NCBI GenBank assembly: GCA_026983715.1
Contig: JALSTM010000119.1
Coordinates: 1 to 59,075, forward strand
Length of the DNA stretch: 59,075 nucleotides
Origin: Desulfobacterales bacterium
GTDB taxonomy: Bacteria; Desulfobacterota; Syntrophobacteria; B119-G9
Direction: 5' to 3'
Shown: piece after piece, positions 27,282 to 39,000 of the stretch
How positions within the stretch are numbered: the first letter of the stretch is position 1
How the letters are laid out: each line of letters starts with the position of its first letter
The notes under the pieces: generated by a model
What the model saw: only the letters and a program-made list of their open reading frames with translations
Database searches by the model: none
Told to the model about the DNA's origin: nothing
Made by a program: the position numbers and the translations under genes

Positions 27282-28703
27282 TTAATACAACATGCTGGCA
27301 GCTGCCTTAGCAATGTCAAACAACTGACTCGGAGCAATACCGAGCAATACAATGGCAGCAATCAAGCCATAATTGAGTATCTTTAAACCTGCTCCAACTT
27401 TTAGGGGCGGAATTTCATCTTCATCTGGTTCAAGAAGATAAGCAGCCTTAATAATAATCAAGTAATAATAAAGTGAAATTGTAGCGTTTATCATGCCTAT
27501 AATGACCAATGCAAGGTAGCCCTTTTGCATGGCGGCAAGGAAAACTAGAAACTTACCAGTAAATCCTATCGTCGGAGGTATTCCGGCAAGTCCGAACAAG
27601 CCAAGCATTAGGGTCATCGCTAGCAAGGGAGATCTTTTGTGCAATCCCGCAAGATCTTTCACCCACACATTTCTACCATTTGGCGCCACTTTAACTATAA
27701 CCATAAAACAGGAAAAGTTCATGATCAGGTACGCCAACGCATAAAACATTGCGGAGGCAAATCCAGTCTTATCAAGCGTAAGGATCCCGATTAACACGTA
27801 GCCTGCATGTGCAATACTCGAGTAAGCAAGCAATCGTTTTATGTCTTTTTGAATAATCGCAACCAGGTTACCAAACGTCATTGACGCCACGGACAAAACA
27901 GTCAAAACCTGTACCAGCATGTGGTTATTTTCGCTCGCAAGGCCCACAAACCTTATTACTATAGCAATGGCAGCAACCTTGGACGCCGTAGCAATATACG
28001 TGGTCACCTGGTTACTGGCTCCCTGGTAAACATCCGGTGCCCAGAAGTGAAACGGGAAAACTGCTTGCTTGAAAAACAAACCCGCCAGAACCAGCATCAA
28101 CCCGATGGCACCTGCAGGCTGGGTTATGAGATTTGGGAAAAGCTTGAACAACTCGGGCAGGTACGTTGTATGAGACACCCCAAATAACAAGGACATTCCA
28201 AAGAGGAGGAATGCCGAAGCCGTTGCCCCTATAAGAATGTACTTAACGCCTGCTTCTTTGTCAAAACCAGTGCCTCGGCGCAAGGGTACAAGGATGTACA
28301 AGGAATACGAAGAGAGCTCAAGCGCAATGTAGAAGGTTAGAAGTTCTACTGCACTCACAAGCATCATCATCCCGATGGTGCACGTGGTAAGAAAGAAATA
28401 AAACTCGGCGTGCTCCCTTTCGCTAATCCCCTCGAGATTGTCACAGATTGCAACAACGAAGAAGAGGCCGAGGGCAAGCATAAACTTGAATACTTGAGAA
28501 AATAAATCCACCCTGTAGGCATTGTAGAAGAGGTGTCCGTGCATCTTCACAGAGAAAAGTGTCACGAACAAACCCAGGCTTGCCAGACCAAAAGCTACCA
28601 GGAAGGTTCTCCTCCGGTTTGCCACAGTCTGGACAGACAACAGGAAAAGAACCAATGCCATCACCGTGTAGTAAATCTCAGGTAAAAAAAGTAAACTCTT
28701 CAT
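27282..28703 (-). CDS. nuoN: NADH-quinone oxidoreductase subunit N
   Basis: It is a polytopic antiporter-like subunit at the end of the nuo operon. I chose the ATG at 28703, which has a GAGGTGAG RBS. The ORF extends to 28718. Confidence 0.85.
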   Translation of the reverse strand: MKSLLFLPEIYYTVMALVLFLLSVQTVANRRRTFLVAFGLASLGLFVTLFSVKMHGHLFYNAYRVDLFSQVFKFMLALGLFFVVAICDNLEGISEREHAEFYFFLTTCTIGMMMLVSAVELLTFYIALELSSYSLYILVPLRRGTGFDKEAGVKYILIGATASAFLLFGMSLLFGVSHTTYLPELFKLFPNLITQPAGAIGLMLVLAGLFFKQAVFPFHFWAPDVYQGASNQVTTYIATASKVAAIAIVIRFVGLASENNHMLVQVLTVLSVASMTFGNLVAIIQKDIKRLLAYSSIAHAGYVLIGILTLDKTGFASAMFYALAYLIMNFSCFMVIVKVAPNGRNVWVKDLAGLHKRSPLLAMTLMLGLFGLAGIPPTIGFTGKFLVFLAAMQKGYLALVIIGMINATISLYYYLIIIKAAYLLEPDEDEIPPLKVGAGLKILNYGLIAAIVLLGIAPSQLFDIAKAAASMLY

Positions 28704-28730
28704 CTCACCTCTACCCAAAACAGAGTTAAA

Positions 28731-30218
28731 TTAAAATCCACCCACAAACGGTATAACTGCGCTCTGAATAACGTCCAAAATCAACCTCGGGAACAATCCG
28801 AAAAGCAAAAGGATACCGGCAAGAATAATCCTTGGCGTAGCCAGAAACAAAGGTACATCCGGTATATGTGCATATTTCTCGTTCTTTGGCCCGTAAAAGG
28901 TTTTCATGACCACTCTTAACATGAAGAGTGAAGTAATAACGATTCCGCATATAGCAAGGATGCCTCTCACAGGGTATGCCTTAACAGCGGCGATGAAGAC
29001 AAGAATTTCCGCCCAGAAACTGCTCAAACATGGCACACCAACTCCGCATAAAGCGGCAATGATGAAAAATGCTGATGCGACGGGCATTATCTTTGACAAC
29101 CCTCCAAGTTCGTCAATCATCTTGGTATGCGTCTTATCATAGATATAGCCGATGCTGGAGAAAAAGAGCGCCGTCATAACACCATGAGAAAACATTTGAA
29201 AAACCGCACCATTAAGACCACCCACACTCATGGTAGCGAGCCCAAGTCCCACAATTCCCATGTGAGACACGCTGGAATAACCAACAACATACTTCAAGTC
29301 GTTCTGGGCAAGGCCAATAAACGCCCCGTATACGATACCAATTGTGGCAAGGAGAGCCATAAGTTGAGCCCAATACTGCAATCCTTCCGGGCAGAGGAAC
29401 ATCCCTACCCTAAGGATTCCATAGGCACCCAATTTCATTAAGACTCCCGCGTGAATCATGCTCACCGCCGTCGGAGCCGCAACGTGACCAACCGGAGACC
29501 AAGTGTGGAATGGCCAGACACCAGCCAGTATTCCAAAACCCAGGTAAAGCATAATAAAAGCAATTATCTGTACATGCTTGGTAAAACCAGCGTTGTGAAG
29601 CGCGATCAAATCAAAAGTATTTAATCCGGATTTAGTCCAGAGATATAAAATGGCTGGAAGAATTAATGCACTACCAGCAAGGAGATAAAGGGTCAATTTC
29701 ATACCGCCGTATTCCTTACGGGTTGAACCCCAGATAACGATCAACGGATACATTGGAAAGAGTGCAACATCGTACCAAACAAATATGAAGAAAAGGTCAA
29801 AGCTCATGAAAACGCCATATACACCGATAACCAGGAGATACATGAAGGCGAAGAATTCCTTTACCCTGGTCTCGAGCTCCCACATGGTCAATACCCCGGT
29901 GAAAAGCACAACCGAAGTAAGAAGAAGCATCGGCAGGTTTATGCCGTCGGCACCAACAAAGTAGTGTACCCCGAGGGATTTAATCCAGAGATAGCGTTCT
30001 ACAAACTGCAGGCCACCCTTGCTCGTGTCGTACGTAACGTACAGGTAGAGCGAAATTACAACAGTTATACCTGCAAAAAAGAGACTCACTTGTTTGATAA
30101 GCTTATCTCGCTCCGGCGGGATAAACATGATAACAAGAAGCGCCACCAAGTTTGTTAGCAACAAAACTGTGAGAAAAGGAAAGTTAGCCATTTCCATCGA
30201 TATCATAAGCTTGTCCAC
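28731..30218 (-). CDS. nuoM: NADH-quinone oxidoreductase subunit M
   Basis: It is a 495-aa antiporter-like membrane subunit (HTWSPVGHVAAPTAVSMIHAGVLMKLGAYG). Confidence 0.9.
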   Translation of the reverse strand: MDKLMISMEMANFPFLTVLLLTNLVALLVIMFIPPERDKLIKQVSLFFAGITVVISLYLYVTYDTSKGGLQFVERYLWIKSLGVHYFVGADGINLPMLLLTSVVLFTGVLTMWELETRVKEFFAFMYLLVIGVYGVFMSFDLFFIFVWYDVALFPMYPLIVIWGSTRKEYGGMKLTLYLLAGSALILPAILYLWTKSGLNTFDLIALHNAGFTKHVQIIAFIMLYLGFGILAGVWPFHTWSPVGHVAAPTAVSMIHAGVLMKLGAYGILRVGMFLCPEGLQYWAQLMALLATIGIVYGAFIGLAQNDLKYVVGYSSVSHMGIVGLGLATMSVGGLNGAVFQMFSHGVMTALFFSSIGYIYDKTHTKMIDELGGLSKIMPVASAFFIIAALCGVGVPCLSSFWAEILVFIAAVKAYPVRGILAICGIVITSLFMLRVVMKTFYGPKNEKYAHIPDVPLFLATPRIILAGILLLFGLFPRLILDVIQSAVIPFVGGF

Positions 30219-30282
30219 CTGATTCTACTGTTGGTGATCAATATTGCACAAAAACACGTCCCTCTTAACCACAACTCCCTTA

Positions 30283-32184
30283 CTATCCTAGGAAGGAAAG
30301 TGCTACAAACCCCAATATAGCTACCATCACAAAAATATTGTATTGAACCATATTGGACTGTAGAAAGCTCGCAATTCGCCCACTTCCCTCAGTTCCCCTA
30401 CACAGGCCATCAATACCTCCATCAATTACTCTACGATCGTTACGAGTAAAAATATTGGTGAAGCCACTATAAATAATCATATCAAGCGCCCACCTGTAGA
30501 AATGATCCATGTACCACCTACGGGCAAAAAGTTTCTCTATTGCAGGCATACGGCTTAGGAATCCTTCTTGTGAAGCACCCTTTCGGCCGTATTCTAGCCA
30601 GGCCACTGCCACCCCGATTGCAACCAGGCTTATGGCGGTTATCGTCAACCAGTGCCCGCCTGCATGGGCAGCTTCAGCACCATGTTCAACTCCATGGGCA
30701 AGTATGTAATCACCCAAGAGGTAATGCTCGAACTGCTTTTCGAAAAATCCCAGAACACACGTTACCGATGCCAGGATAATTAGCGGCCAACCCATTAGCC
30801 AGTAAAGGATTCCTTCCCCTTCATGGTGTTCTTCTTCATGATGAGTTTCTTCCATCTCTTTTGGAAATAGCATCACAAAGATCAGCCTAAAGGTGTAATA
30901 GGCCGTAAGAACTTCCCCGAAGAGCCCCGCCGCCAGCCAGATCTTATTAGGATGGCTGGCAAGAGCGACCATTATGGATTCCTTGCTGAAAAACCCGGAG
31001 AAGGGAAAAACTCCGCTCAGCGCAAGGGCACCTATTGTCATACATACCATCGGCACTTTTAGACTTCTTGCCCCCTGCCTAGACATTACGAAAAAGTCGT
31101 TGGTATGGTAGTGGTGAATGAAGACACCGGAGCAAAGAAAGAGCAGGGCTTTAAATCCTGCATGGGTTGTTAGGTGAAACATGCCTGATACGTATCCACC
31201 GGCTCCAAGCGCCATCACCATGTATCCAAGCTGACTTACCGTGGAATACGCCCACACCTGCTTGATATCTCTCGCCACCATCGCCATGGTAGAAGACAGC
31301 ACCATGGTGATGGTCCCGATCAACAGGGCAAACTGGAGTGCGTCGGCAGACCCGGAAAAAAATGGAAAGAGCCTTGCAAACATGTAAACACCTGCTGCAA
31401 CCATGGTTGCCGAGTGGAGCAAGGCGCTTACTGGTGTCGGGCCTTCCATTGCGTCGGGCAACCAGGTGAGAAGCGGAAACTGTGCACTTTTACCGATAAC
31501 GCCGCAGAAAATAAGGATTGCGGAAATCGTTATAAGCGGCGCTGGAATCTGCTTCGCCACAGCAGCGCTGTTTACGCCCACGATGCTTAGGTTACCGTAG
31601 AACAAAAGAAGGATAACCAGCCCGATGAACATCCCCACGTCACCAATACGGGTGACAACAAAGGCTTTCTTGCCTGCCTGGGAAGCACTCCACTTCTCAT
31701 AGTAGAATCCGATTAGGAGGTATGACGCAAGGCCGACCAGTTCCCAGAAAATATAAAACTGGATCATGGATGGTGCCACGGTCATGGTCATCATGGCCCA
31801 GGCAAATAGCGATTGAAAAGCGTAATACCTCGAAAACCCCGGATCTCCTGCCATGTATCCCAACGAGTATATCTGCACAAGCGACGCTATGACAGCCACG
31901 ATCACGAGCATTAACATACTTAGGTGGTCAACGAGAAAACCAAAGGGGATTATGGTTTTCCCGGAAATTATCCAGGGAAGTTTATACTGAAGAGGTTCAG
32001 CAAAGTGGCGGGATGCAATAAAGAGATAGATGGCACAGATTAACGATATCAAAATAGCGCCAATAGAAATGGAACACGAAACCTTTTCCCACTTCCGGGT
32101 ATAACAGATGATTGTAAGAAAGGACAGAAATGGTAGAACCACCGTTATTGTACAAGCCAGAAGAATTGGATCTTTCACAAACAT
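30283..32184 (-). CDS. nuoL: NADH-quinone oxidoreductase subunit L
   Basis: It is a 633-aa product containing WLPDAMEGPTPVSALLHSATMVAAGVY, with the C-terminal lateral-helix region. Confidence 0.9.
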   Translation of the reverse strand: MFVKDPILLACTITVVLPFLSFLTIICYTRKWEKVSCSISIGAILISLICAIYLFIASRHFAEPLQYKLPWIISGKTIIPFGFLVDHLSMLMLVIVAVIASLVQIYSLGYMAGDPGFSRYYAFQSLFAWAMMTMTVAPSMIQFYIFWELVGLASYLLIGFYYEKWSASQAGKKAFVVTRIGDVGMFIGLVILLLFYGNLSIVGVNSAAVAKQIPAPLITISAILIFCGVIGKSAQFPLLTWLPDAMEGPTPVSALLHSATMVAAGVYMFARLFPFFSGSADALQFALLIGTITMVLSSTMAMVARDIKQVWAYSTVSQLGYMVMALGAGGYVSGMFHLTTHAGFKALLFLCSGVFIHHYHTNDFFVMSRQGARSLKVPMVCMTIGALALSGVFPFSGFFSKESIMVALASHPNKIWLAAGLFGEVLTAYYTFRLIFVMLFPKEMEETHHEEEHHEGEGILYWLMGWPLIILASVTCVLGFFEKQFEHYLLGDYILAHGVEHGAEAAHAGGHWLTITAISLVAIGVAVAWLEYGRKGASQEGFLSRMPAIEKLFARRWYMDHFYRWALDMIIYSGFTNIFTRNDRRVIDGGIDGLCRGTEGSGRIASFLQSNMVQYNIFVMVAILGFVALSFLG

Positions 32185-32190
32185 ACGTTT

Positions 32191-32499
32191 TTATCCCCTC
32201 AATTCTCGAGCACGTTCTATGTTTATAGACCTTAACTGGCGGAATAGCGCCAAGAAGATACTCAGAGCAATTGCCGCTTCAGCCGCCGCTATACCCATTA
32301 TAAAAAGCGTGTAGATCTGCCCTATGCTCGTATCCGGTGACAAAAACTTGTTAAAAGCCATAAAATTGAGGCTCGCTGCATTTAGCATAAGTTCGATGGA
32401 TACGAGTATAGCTATGAGAGATCGCCTCATCATTACTCCGATGAGGCCAAAACTAAAAAGAACCGCAGAGATTAAAAGATACAAAGTTAGGCTATTCAC
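32191..32499 (-). CDS. nuoK: NADH-quinone oxidoreductase subunit K
   Basis: It is a 102-aa, 3-TM protein (SIELMLNAASLNF...AAAEAAIALSI). Confidence 0.9.
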   Translation of the reverse strand: MNSLTLYLLISAVLFSFGLIGVMMRRSLIAILVSIELMLNAASLNFMAFNKFLSPDTSIGQIYTLFIMGIAAAEAAIALSIFLALFRQLRSINIERARELRG

Positions 32500-33026
32500 G
32501 AGGAAACCCTCCCGTTAAACCTGGAAATGATTATTGCACCCAGCATAGCAACCAACAACACCAGGGATATGACTTCAAAAACCAGGACGTACTTCGTCAG
32601 AAGAAAGTCACCTATGGTTTTGACAGACCAATCAATTTTTCTTTCAGCCGCAGGCTGCCACGCTGTCTTGTATATGACCCCGATATTAACACCAAGAATA
32701 AGTAGCCCGGCAAACACGCCCGTGGCTATCTTGGATATCTTTCTCTTCGGTTTCGGCAGGTGAACGGGCCTTGAAAGCATGATAGCAAAAACCATAGCAA
32801 TACAGATTGCTCCCACGTAGATCAGCAGCTGCATCAACCCAATAAACAGGCTACCGAGAAAAACGTAAAGCGCCGCCACACCGGCCAGTGCCAGAGCCAG
32901 TCCAAGCACATTGTAAAGAATATTCCTGTGAAATACAGCTATTATGGCGCCACAAAAGGTCAAACCGACCACGATGATAAAGGCGACCTGAGGCAAAAAA
33001 CCCTGGCTCAATATACTTCCACTCAT
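32496..33026 (-). CDS. nuoJ: NADH-quinone oxidoreductase subunit J
   Basis: It is a 176-aa membrane protein in the expected operon position, with 4-nt overlaps on both sides. Confidence 0.85.
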   Translation of the reverse strand: MSGSILSQGFLPQVAFIIVVGLTFCGAIIAVFHRNILYNVLGLALALAGVAALYVFLGSLFIGLMQLLIYVGAICIAMVFAIMLSRPVHLPKPKRKISKIATGVFAGLLILGVNIGVIYKTAWQPAAERKIDWSVKTIGDFLLTKYVLVFEVISLVLLVAMLGAIIISRFNGRVSS

Positions 33027-33463
33027 CTCGCTGACTCCTCAAAATATCTCACCAAATCAATGACTCCATCCCACCGTGATTCATCTGCAAGTTCATATTC
33101 CTTCGAGAAAGTCAAGGTCTGCATCGGGCAAGATTCAACGCACAAACCGCAAAGACTACAGTGACTAAAATCAATGTAGTAATGAACAACCCGCTTTGCA
33201 TCCAAAGCCTTGTCTTTCTCTCCCTGCAGCTTAATCACCTGTGAAGGGCAAACCCTCATGCAGGTGCCACACGCTACGCAATAGTGGGTACCAGTATCCG
33301 GAAAGCGCTTCAACTCGATATGCCCCCGGTAACTGGGAGACATCTCGATTCTGTGCCTCGGGTACTGAAGAGTAACAACCGGCCGATAGATTCTTTTGAT
33401 TGTTACTTCAAGGCCCTTTACTAAGCTCCATCCGCCAACTAAAATATCTTTGAAGTATCCCAT
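33023..33463 (-). CDS. nuoI: NADH-quinone oxidoreductase subunit I (2x[4Fe-4S])
   Basis: It has two ferredoxin motifs, CVACGTCMRVCP and CSLCGLCVESCP. Confidence 0.9.
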   Translation of the reverse strand: MGYFKDILVGGWSLVKGLEVTIKRIYRPVVTLQYPRHRIEMSPSYRGHIELKRFPDTGTHYCVACGTCMRVCPSQVIKLQGEKDKALDAKRVVHYYIDFSHCSLCGLCVESCPMQTLTFSKEYELADESRWDGVIDLVRYFEESAR

Positions 33464-33480
33464 ATTCGCAATTCACCCTA

Positions 33481-34497
33481 CTAAATGAGTTTAATTACTC
33501 CCGCAGTTATAATAAGGTTTGCCAAGGCTAAAGGAATCAATACTTTCCACGAAAAACTTATCAATTGATCGAACCGCAAACGCGGAAACGTCCAGCGGAA
33601 CCACATTATTACAAATACCAGCAGGTATGTCTTGGCCAAGAACCAGATAATCCCGGGGATACCAAGGCTAAACCCGAAGGGTCCTTGCCATCCTCCCAAA
33701 AACAGGGTTGTCGCAACGGCACACACAACGAAAACGTTCGTGTATTCAGCCAGGAAAAAGAGACCAAAACGCATACCGCTAAATTCTGTGTGGAAACCCG
33801 CTACCAGTTCTGATTCGGCTTCGGGGATATCAAAAGGCGCCCTGTTGGTTTCAGCAGTGGCACATATAAAATACGTGAGGGCCGCAATTGGTTGTATCAG
33901 GAAGAACCAGTAACTTCCCTGGGCTTGAACAATTTTCGACATCTGCAAAGTTTTTGTCATCAAAACCACGCTCAGCACCGAAAGCAAAAGCGGGATTTCA
34001 TACGCGATATTTTGCGCCACAGACCTGATTGCCCCCAGCAGGGCATACTTGTTGTTGGAACCCCATCCACCAATCAAAATTGCCAAAACATTTATGGTTG
34101 AAAAGGAAAAGATCACAAGAAGACCGACATTCATGTCGTTAAGAGGCAGTGATTTCGAAAACGGAAGAACTATGAATGGTACGAGCACCGGTACAAAAAC
34201 AAGAACCGGGGCAATTATAAAAAGGATCCTGTCGGCTCTTTTCGGTGTAATTAACTCCTTCCCCACCAGTTTCAAACCATCAACAATTGTCTGGAGCAAC
34301 CCATAAGGTCCCACTTCCTTTGGCCCAATCCTCAACTGGATATGACCAGCAACCTTCCTTTCCAACCAGACAAGAAACAGGGCATTCAACTGGCTAAAAA
34401 TTAACACCACGATCAACCCAACGATAAGCCGCCCTAACTCATTACTTAAAATGTGCTCCATTACTCCCGCCATAAAAGAATTCCCCTCTGTTAACAA
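33481..34497 (-). CDS. nuoH: NADH-quinone oxidoreductase subunit H
   Basis: It contains [16 protein letters not shown]...GLLQ and [20 protein letters not shown]. Confidence 0.9.
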   Translation of the reverse strand: MLTEGNSFMAGVMEHILSNELGRLIVGLIVVLIFSQLNALFLVWLERKVAGHIQLRIGPKEVGPYGLLQTIVDGLKLVGKELITPKRADRILFIIAPVLVFVPVLVPFIVLPFSKSLPLNDMNVGLLVIFSFSTINVLAILIGGWGSNNKYALLGAIRSVAQNIAYEIPLLLSVLSVVLMTKTLQMSKIVQAQGSYWFFLIQPIAALTYFICATAETNRAPFDIPEAESELVAGFHTEFSGMRFGLFFLAEYTNVFVVCAVATTLFLGGWQGPFGFSLGIPGIIWFLAKTYLLVFVIMWFRWTFPRLRFDQLISFSWKVLIPLALANLIITAGVIKLI

Positions 34498-34535
34498 TCT
34501 GGAGAAAACAACCTAATTAAAACAATTTACATGAG

Positions 34536-35666
34536 TTAACGATCTATTTCCGGCACGACAATGTCAATGCTTCCGAGAATCGCTATTGTATCGGCCACCA
34601 ACGTTCCGGGTAAAACCTCGGTCAACGCCTGCAAGTTGGAAAAACTTGGCACCCGAATTCTTATCCTGTAAGGGTATTCCGTTCCGTCGCTCACTATGAA
34701 AAACGCTGCTTCCCCTCGAGCGCTTTCAAACGGGAAGTAGACTTCTCCCTTCGGTGGTTCGATTTTAACCGGTACACCACTCGCTTTTACAGGACCCCGA
34801 GGCAGCTTCTTGATGGCCTGCTCGATAATCCTGCAACTCTGTTCCATTTCATTTAAACGCACCATGTAACGATCCCAGATATCTCCTTTTTCTCCCACCG
34901 GGATCTCAAAGTCGACTTCCTCGTAAATCTCGTACGGTTCGGCCTTCCTGACATCGTAAGGGACACCACATCCCCTGAGATTTGGACCTGTTACCCCGTA
35001 CTTGAGGGCAATATTCTTATCAATAATCCCTATGTCCTTCACACGGTGGATGAAAATAACATTCTTCGTAACCAGGTTGTGGTAATCTGTCCACCTGCTA
35101 CGCAGCCTTTTAATAAAATTGAGGGTTCCCTCGATAAATTGGTCGTCAATGTCCTTAGCAACACCACCGATCCTGCAGTAACAATAGGTCAGCCTGGAAC
35201 CGGTAATATAGTCAAGAAGGTCCAGGATCACTTCACGATCATCAAAACAATAGAGAAACGGGGTAAATGCGCCGAGATCCATTAGGAAAGTACCAAACCA
35301 GAGAAGGTGGCTGGAAATCCTGTTAAGCTCGGAACATATAACACGGATGTACTTGGCTCGCTCTGGAACTTCCAGGCCCATCAGTTTTTCGACGGCCAGA
35401 ACGTAGCCATGGTTGTACAGAAATCCTGATAGGTAATCTACTCGGGAAGGATTTGGCATGAATTGCTTGTAAGTACGGTTTTCAGCCATCTTTTCATGGC
35501 CCCTGTGCCCGTACCCTATTATCGGGTCGGCTTCCACGATGTACTCACCATCTAGCTTCAAAAGAACTCGTAATACCCCGTGAGTACTCGGATGCTGCGG
35601 ACCTAAATTTAAGAAATACTCCTTCGTTAATACCGGCTCACTATTTGTCGTCGCCATAAATCTCAT
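34536..35666 (-). CDS. nuoD: NADH-quinone oxidoreductase subunit D
   Basis: It contains LNLGPQHPSTHGVLR...GYGHRGHEK and ends in IDR. Confidence 0.9.
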   Translation of the reverse strand: MRFMATTNSEPVLTKEYFLNLGPQHPSTHGVLRVLLKLDGEYIVEADPIIGYGHRGHEKMAENRTYKQFMPNPSRVDYLSGFLYNHGYVLAVEKLMGLEVPERAKYIRVICSELNRISSHLLWFGTFLMDLGAFTPFLYCFDDREVILDLLDYITGSRLTYCYCRIGGVAKDIDDQFIEGTLNFIKRLRSRWTDYHNLVTKNVIFIHRVKDIGIIDKNIALKYGVTGPNLRGCGVPYDVRKAEPYEIYEEVDFEIPVGEKGDIWDRYMVRLNEMEQSCRIIEQAIKKLPRGPVKASGVPVKIEPPKGEVYFPFESARGEAAFFIVSDGTEYPYRIRIRVPSFSNLQALTEVLPGTLVADTIAILGSIDIVVPEIDR

Positions 35667-36138
35667 CCATCCTGTGATAAGCGTTCACCTTTCCAAAATC
35701 TTTCAACAGCGGATGAAAATCCACATCCTCGGGCATCAGAAGAGGCCGCATATCAGGGCTTCCTTCAAATTCTATCCCAAAGAAATCATGAACCTCTCTT
35801 TCATGCCACAAAGCAGCACTGTATATACAAGAAATGGTAGGAACCTTCTCACCCTTTCCGACCATTAACCTGACAACAACCCTATCCCTGGTTTCGAACT
35901 TGTTGAAGTGATAGAGCACCTGAAACCCGTCGGTGAAATCAAGGCCCGTGATTGCTTCCAGGTAATACAATTCGTCGTACATGGCTTCTGCCGTGTCGGT
36001 TATTTTCGCCACCGGCACAACCACCTCCAGGAAACAACCCGTTTTTGAATGATCCGTTTCGTTGATCTTGGCTTCCGGTACTTTGTTTTCTATAGTCTTA
36101 CTTAACAAGTCTAAAGGCATGCTTCTTTCCACTCCCAA
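35641..36138 (-). CDS. nuoC: NADH-quinone oxidoreductase subunit C
   Basis: It contains [22 protein letters not shown]. The start is uncertain because it overlaps the nuoB 3' end. Confidence 0.85.
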   Translation of the reverse strand: MGVERSMPLDLLSKTIENKVPEAKINETDHSKTGCFLEVVVPVAKITDTAEAMYDELYYLEAITGLDFTDGFQVLYHFNKFETRDRVVVRLMVGKGEKVPTISCIYSAALWHEREVHDFFGIEFEGSPDMRPLLMPEDVDFHPLLKDFGKVNAYHRMDEIYGDDK

Positions 36139-36640
36139 ATCGAGAAAACCTTCTTAAGATGTTACGTTTTTCACCCTTCGTTATCTTGTCTTCAAGAGCC
36201 AGTATGCCCTGAATTAATCCTTCGGGTCTCGGTGGGCATCCTGGAACGTAGACGTCAACAGGTACAATTAAGTCGGCGCCTGGCACAATTGCGTACTGCC
36301 CGTCGTATTCGAAGGGGCCACCGGAGATGGCACAGTTCCCCATGGCTATACACCACTTGGGGTTAGGCATCTGATCCCACAGCGTCTGTATCGTTGGCGC
36401 CATTTTTTTGGATATGGTTCCTGCAACTATCATAAGATCAGATTGGCGCGGCGAAGGTCTGAAAACACCAAAACCAAAACGATCAAGATCAAACCTCGAA
36501 GCACCTGCAGCCATCATTTCAATGGCACAACATGCCAAACCAAATGTCATGGGCCAAAGAGAATTGGCTCGCGCCAGATTAAGCACGTCTTCAAGCAGAG
36601 CAAACTGTACCACGGGGGGGTCTAAAACCTTCTTTGCCAC
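36098..36640 (-). CDS. nuoB: NADH-quinone oxidoreductase subunit B
   Basis: It contains [11 protein letters not shown]...[10 protein letters not shown]...VPGCPPRPE. Confidence 0.9.
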   Translation of the reverse strand: MAKKVLDPPVVQFALLEDVLNLARANSLWPMTFGLACCAIEMMAAGASRFDLDRFGFGVFRPSPRQSDLMIVAGTISKKMAPTIQTLWDQMPNPKWCIAMGNCAISGGPFEYDGQYAIVPGADLIVPVDVYVPGCPPRPEGLIQGILALEDKITKGEKRNILRRFSRFGSGKKHAFRLVK

Positions 36641-37002
36641 TCAAACACTCCTTTTCGCCATGCGTAAACTATTACCAAAGAAAGAATGCCAATGAATATA
36701 ACAATCTCCACGAAGTCCCTTATGTGGAAATTTCCGTAAGCCAGACCCACAGGAAAGAGATACAAAACGTCCACATCAAACGCGAGGAAAATGAGAGCGA
36801 AAATGTAATAGGCTATGCTGAATTGCACCCACGCTGGACCAATTGGTGCCATGCCGCTCTCATAAGTCTCATCTCGCTTAATTCCCTTACTACGCTTAAC
36901 AATCAAGTACGAGATAATAATGGGAATGATTGCGAAAATTAGTGCAACCAGCAAAAAAATCGAGATATACATAAAATCCGTGTACACGGAGGCAGGATGC
37001 AT
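36622..37002 (-). CDS. nuoA: NADH-quinone oxidoreductase subunit A
   Basis: It is a 3-TM protein with YESGM...[11 protein letters not shown] chose the ATG at 37002, which has a GGAGG RBS 6 nt upstream. The ORF extends to a TTG at 37017. Confidence 0.85.
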   Translation of the reverse strand: MHPASVYTDFMYISIFLLVALIFAIIPIIISYLIVKRSKGIKRDETYESGMAPIGPAWVQFSIAYYIFALIFLAFDVDVLYLFPVGLAYGNFHIRDFVEIVIFIGILSLVIVYAWRKGVFEWQRRF

Positions 37003-37521
37003 GCTATTCCTCCCCAATCTCTATGAGTAGCTGTTCTACCTTAGAAGGATGATAACCTTAAAATACAAGTACCACTAAAATTACTTTTTATTCCCCTTGA
37101 AACAAGTAGCCTTTCTTGCCTTGGCATTTCTCACATAAAAGGAAGCGAATGTCAAGCAAAAACTTTCACGTTTTGATGTTAACAAAACAATTATCCTCGT
37201 TGCGCAAACTACCAATCATAACCTATTATAACTACTAAGATTATCAGATACCAATTTAACATCCGAGAGAATCATCTTCCGGCAATCTAACATTAAAAGC
37301 CACATACCAAAAAAATCTTTTTAAATCGTTCTAAGAAAAATCGTTGTTATTTCCATGTGTTATACTAGTAGACAGAAACAGAGCGACGCAAAGATGAGGT
37401 GAAATATTTCACATAACCTGTTGGGTAGAAATATTGCTGCCACGGTTGAGATATCGCCGGTAATGATTTATATGTAACTTCAAATGCCGGTTAGCAACGT
37501 TACTATCAAAGGAAGATAAAG

Positions 37522-39000
37522 ATGAAATCCTACGAACAATGGCTAGAAGAAGTTTATTTTCTTACCTTAAGGAGAAGAAAGCGAGACCTAAACCTCCAGC
37601 TGGGTAAACCGGCTGATGATTCGTGTGCCGTTACTTACGACGCGGAAGATCTAATGAGTCTTAAACACGAAATCGAATCCACCCACAGTAACCCTTCCTT
37701 ATATTACGAAGCTGTTGATCATTATTTAAGAACAAAGGCAGAACCTTTTCAAGCCATGCTTGCCACGTGGATGGGGGGAGCAAAAGCCTACGTAGGGGAT
37801 GCCGTTATACCGTTCAACGATGCTATAAACTGGTGTCAGAAGGCCAGCGACCCAGAGAACCGAAAAACTCTTGCAAAAGAACTTCTCGCCTTATGCAGAT
37901 TTTTAACACAATTCAGCCACGCTACCTGGGAAGCAATCACAACGACCCTCGTTGAGATCCTCGGGTTTCGCAGTTACCTCCATTACAATGAATCCAAAAG
38001 AAACACGTCTATCGTGGAGTTTTCTAACTTGGCACAAGAATTTTTAAGCAAAACATCTCCCGTTTACTTCGAGTCAATCGGGCTTCTTGTGGAAAAAATA
38101 GCGGGTTTGCCTCTCGAAAATGCTTCCAGGTATGATGCTATTTACCTGTTAGGGCTTAGGTACATGGATCACTTGATGCCAGATAATCTCAACATGGAAA
38201 AAATCGAGGCTTTTTTCGAAGACGTTAAACTCTCTCTCAGGAACAACATACACATGAAAATTCACAGGGGGACTCCTGGGCGTCAAACCTACTGTGTGCC
38301 CGTGAAAATACCTTATGAGATCCATATTATTACCGGTGAAATATCAGGCTGGCTTGATGTCGAATCCCTCTTTCACGAACTCGGACATGCTTTCAGTTTT
38401 ATTTTTACGGATCCTTCTCTTCCCGTAGAAAAAAAGGACTTCTTTCATTCTGCAGCTCTTTCCGAGAGTTATGCTTTCCTGTTCCAGAAGCTTTCCATGT
38501 CCAGGTTATTTTTAGAGGAAGTCCTAGGAGTTGATTCCGAGTTGGCCCAGGGTATTTCCGGTATCCACCGCGCCAAGTGGCTCACGCTTGCTCGAAGATA
38601 CGCCGCAAAACTTATCATTGAAACCAGGAACTTTGAAAACCACGATCTCATGGAATCAAAGAAATACTACTCCGAGGTAATGGAAAGAGAAACAGGTTTT
38701 TCATACGAACCGGACACGTATCTTTTTGATCTCATGCCCGATTTTTACACCCTTGATTACTTTTGCGGATTTGTAGGTGCCGCCATTATGGAAAGCTATC
38801 TCACAGACAAATTCGGAAAGGGGTGGTTCCTAGAACAGAAGGCTTATGAAACCTTGAAAGAATGGTGGCATGGGGGTAATTCGCTAGAATTAAAGGACTT
38901 CCTGGAAACGAAACTAGAAATCCCCTTTGACGTAAACTATCTTGTAGATGATTTCGATATGGTAGCTTCCAGAGCATTTCCCTTGGAATCTTTACCATGA
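37522..39000 (+). CDS. putative zinc metallopeptidase (HExxH), M3/oligoendopeptidase-like
   Basis: The only recognisable motif is FHELGHAF, within an all-helical 492-aa protein. Confidence 0.55.
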   Translation: MKSYEQWLEEVYFLTLRRRKRDLNLQLGKPADDSCAVTYDAEDLMSLKHEIESTHSNPSLYYEAVDHYLRTKAEPFQAMLATWMGGAKAYVGDAVIPFNDAINWCQKASDPENRKTLAKELLALCRFLTQFSHATWEAITTTLVEILGFRSYLHYNESKRNTSIVEFSNLAQEFLSKTSPVYFESIGLLVEKIAGLPLENASRYDAIYLLGLRYMDHLMPDNLNMEKIEAFFEDVKLSLRNNIHMKIHRGTPGRQTYCVPVKIPYEIHIITGEISGWLDVESLFHELGHAFSFIFTDPSLPVEKKDFFHSAALSESYAFLFQKLSMSRLFLEEVLGVDSELAQGISGIHRAKWLTLARRYAAKLIIETRNFENHDLMESKKYYSEVMERETGFSYEPDTYLFDLMPDFYTLDYFCGFVGAAIMESYLTDKFGKGWFLEQKAYETLKEWWHGGNSLELKDFLETKLEIPFDVNYLVDDFDMVASRAFPLESLP

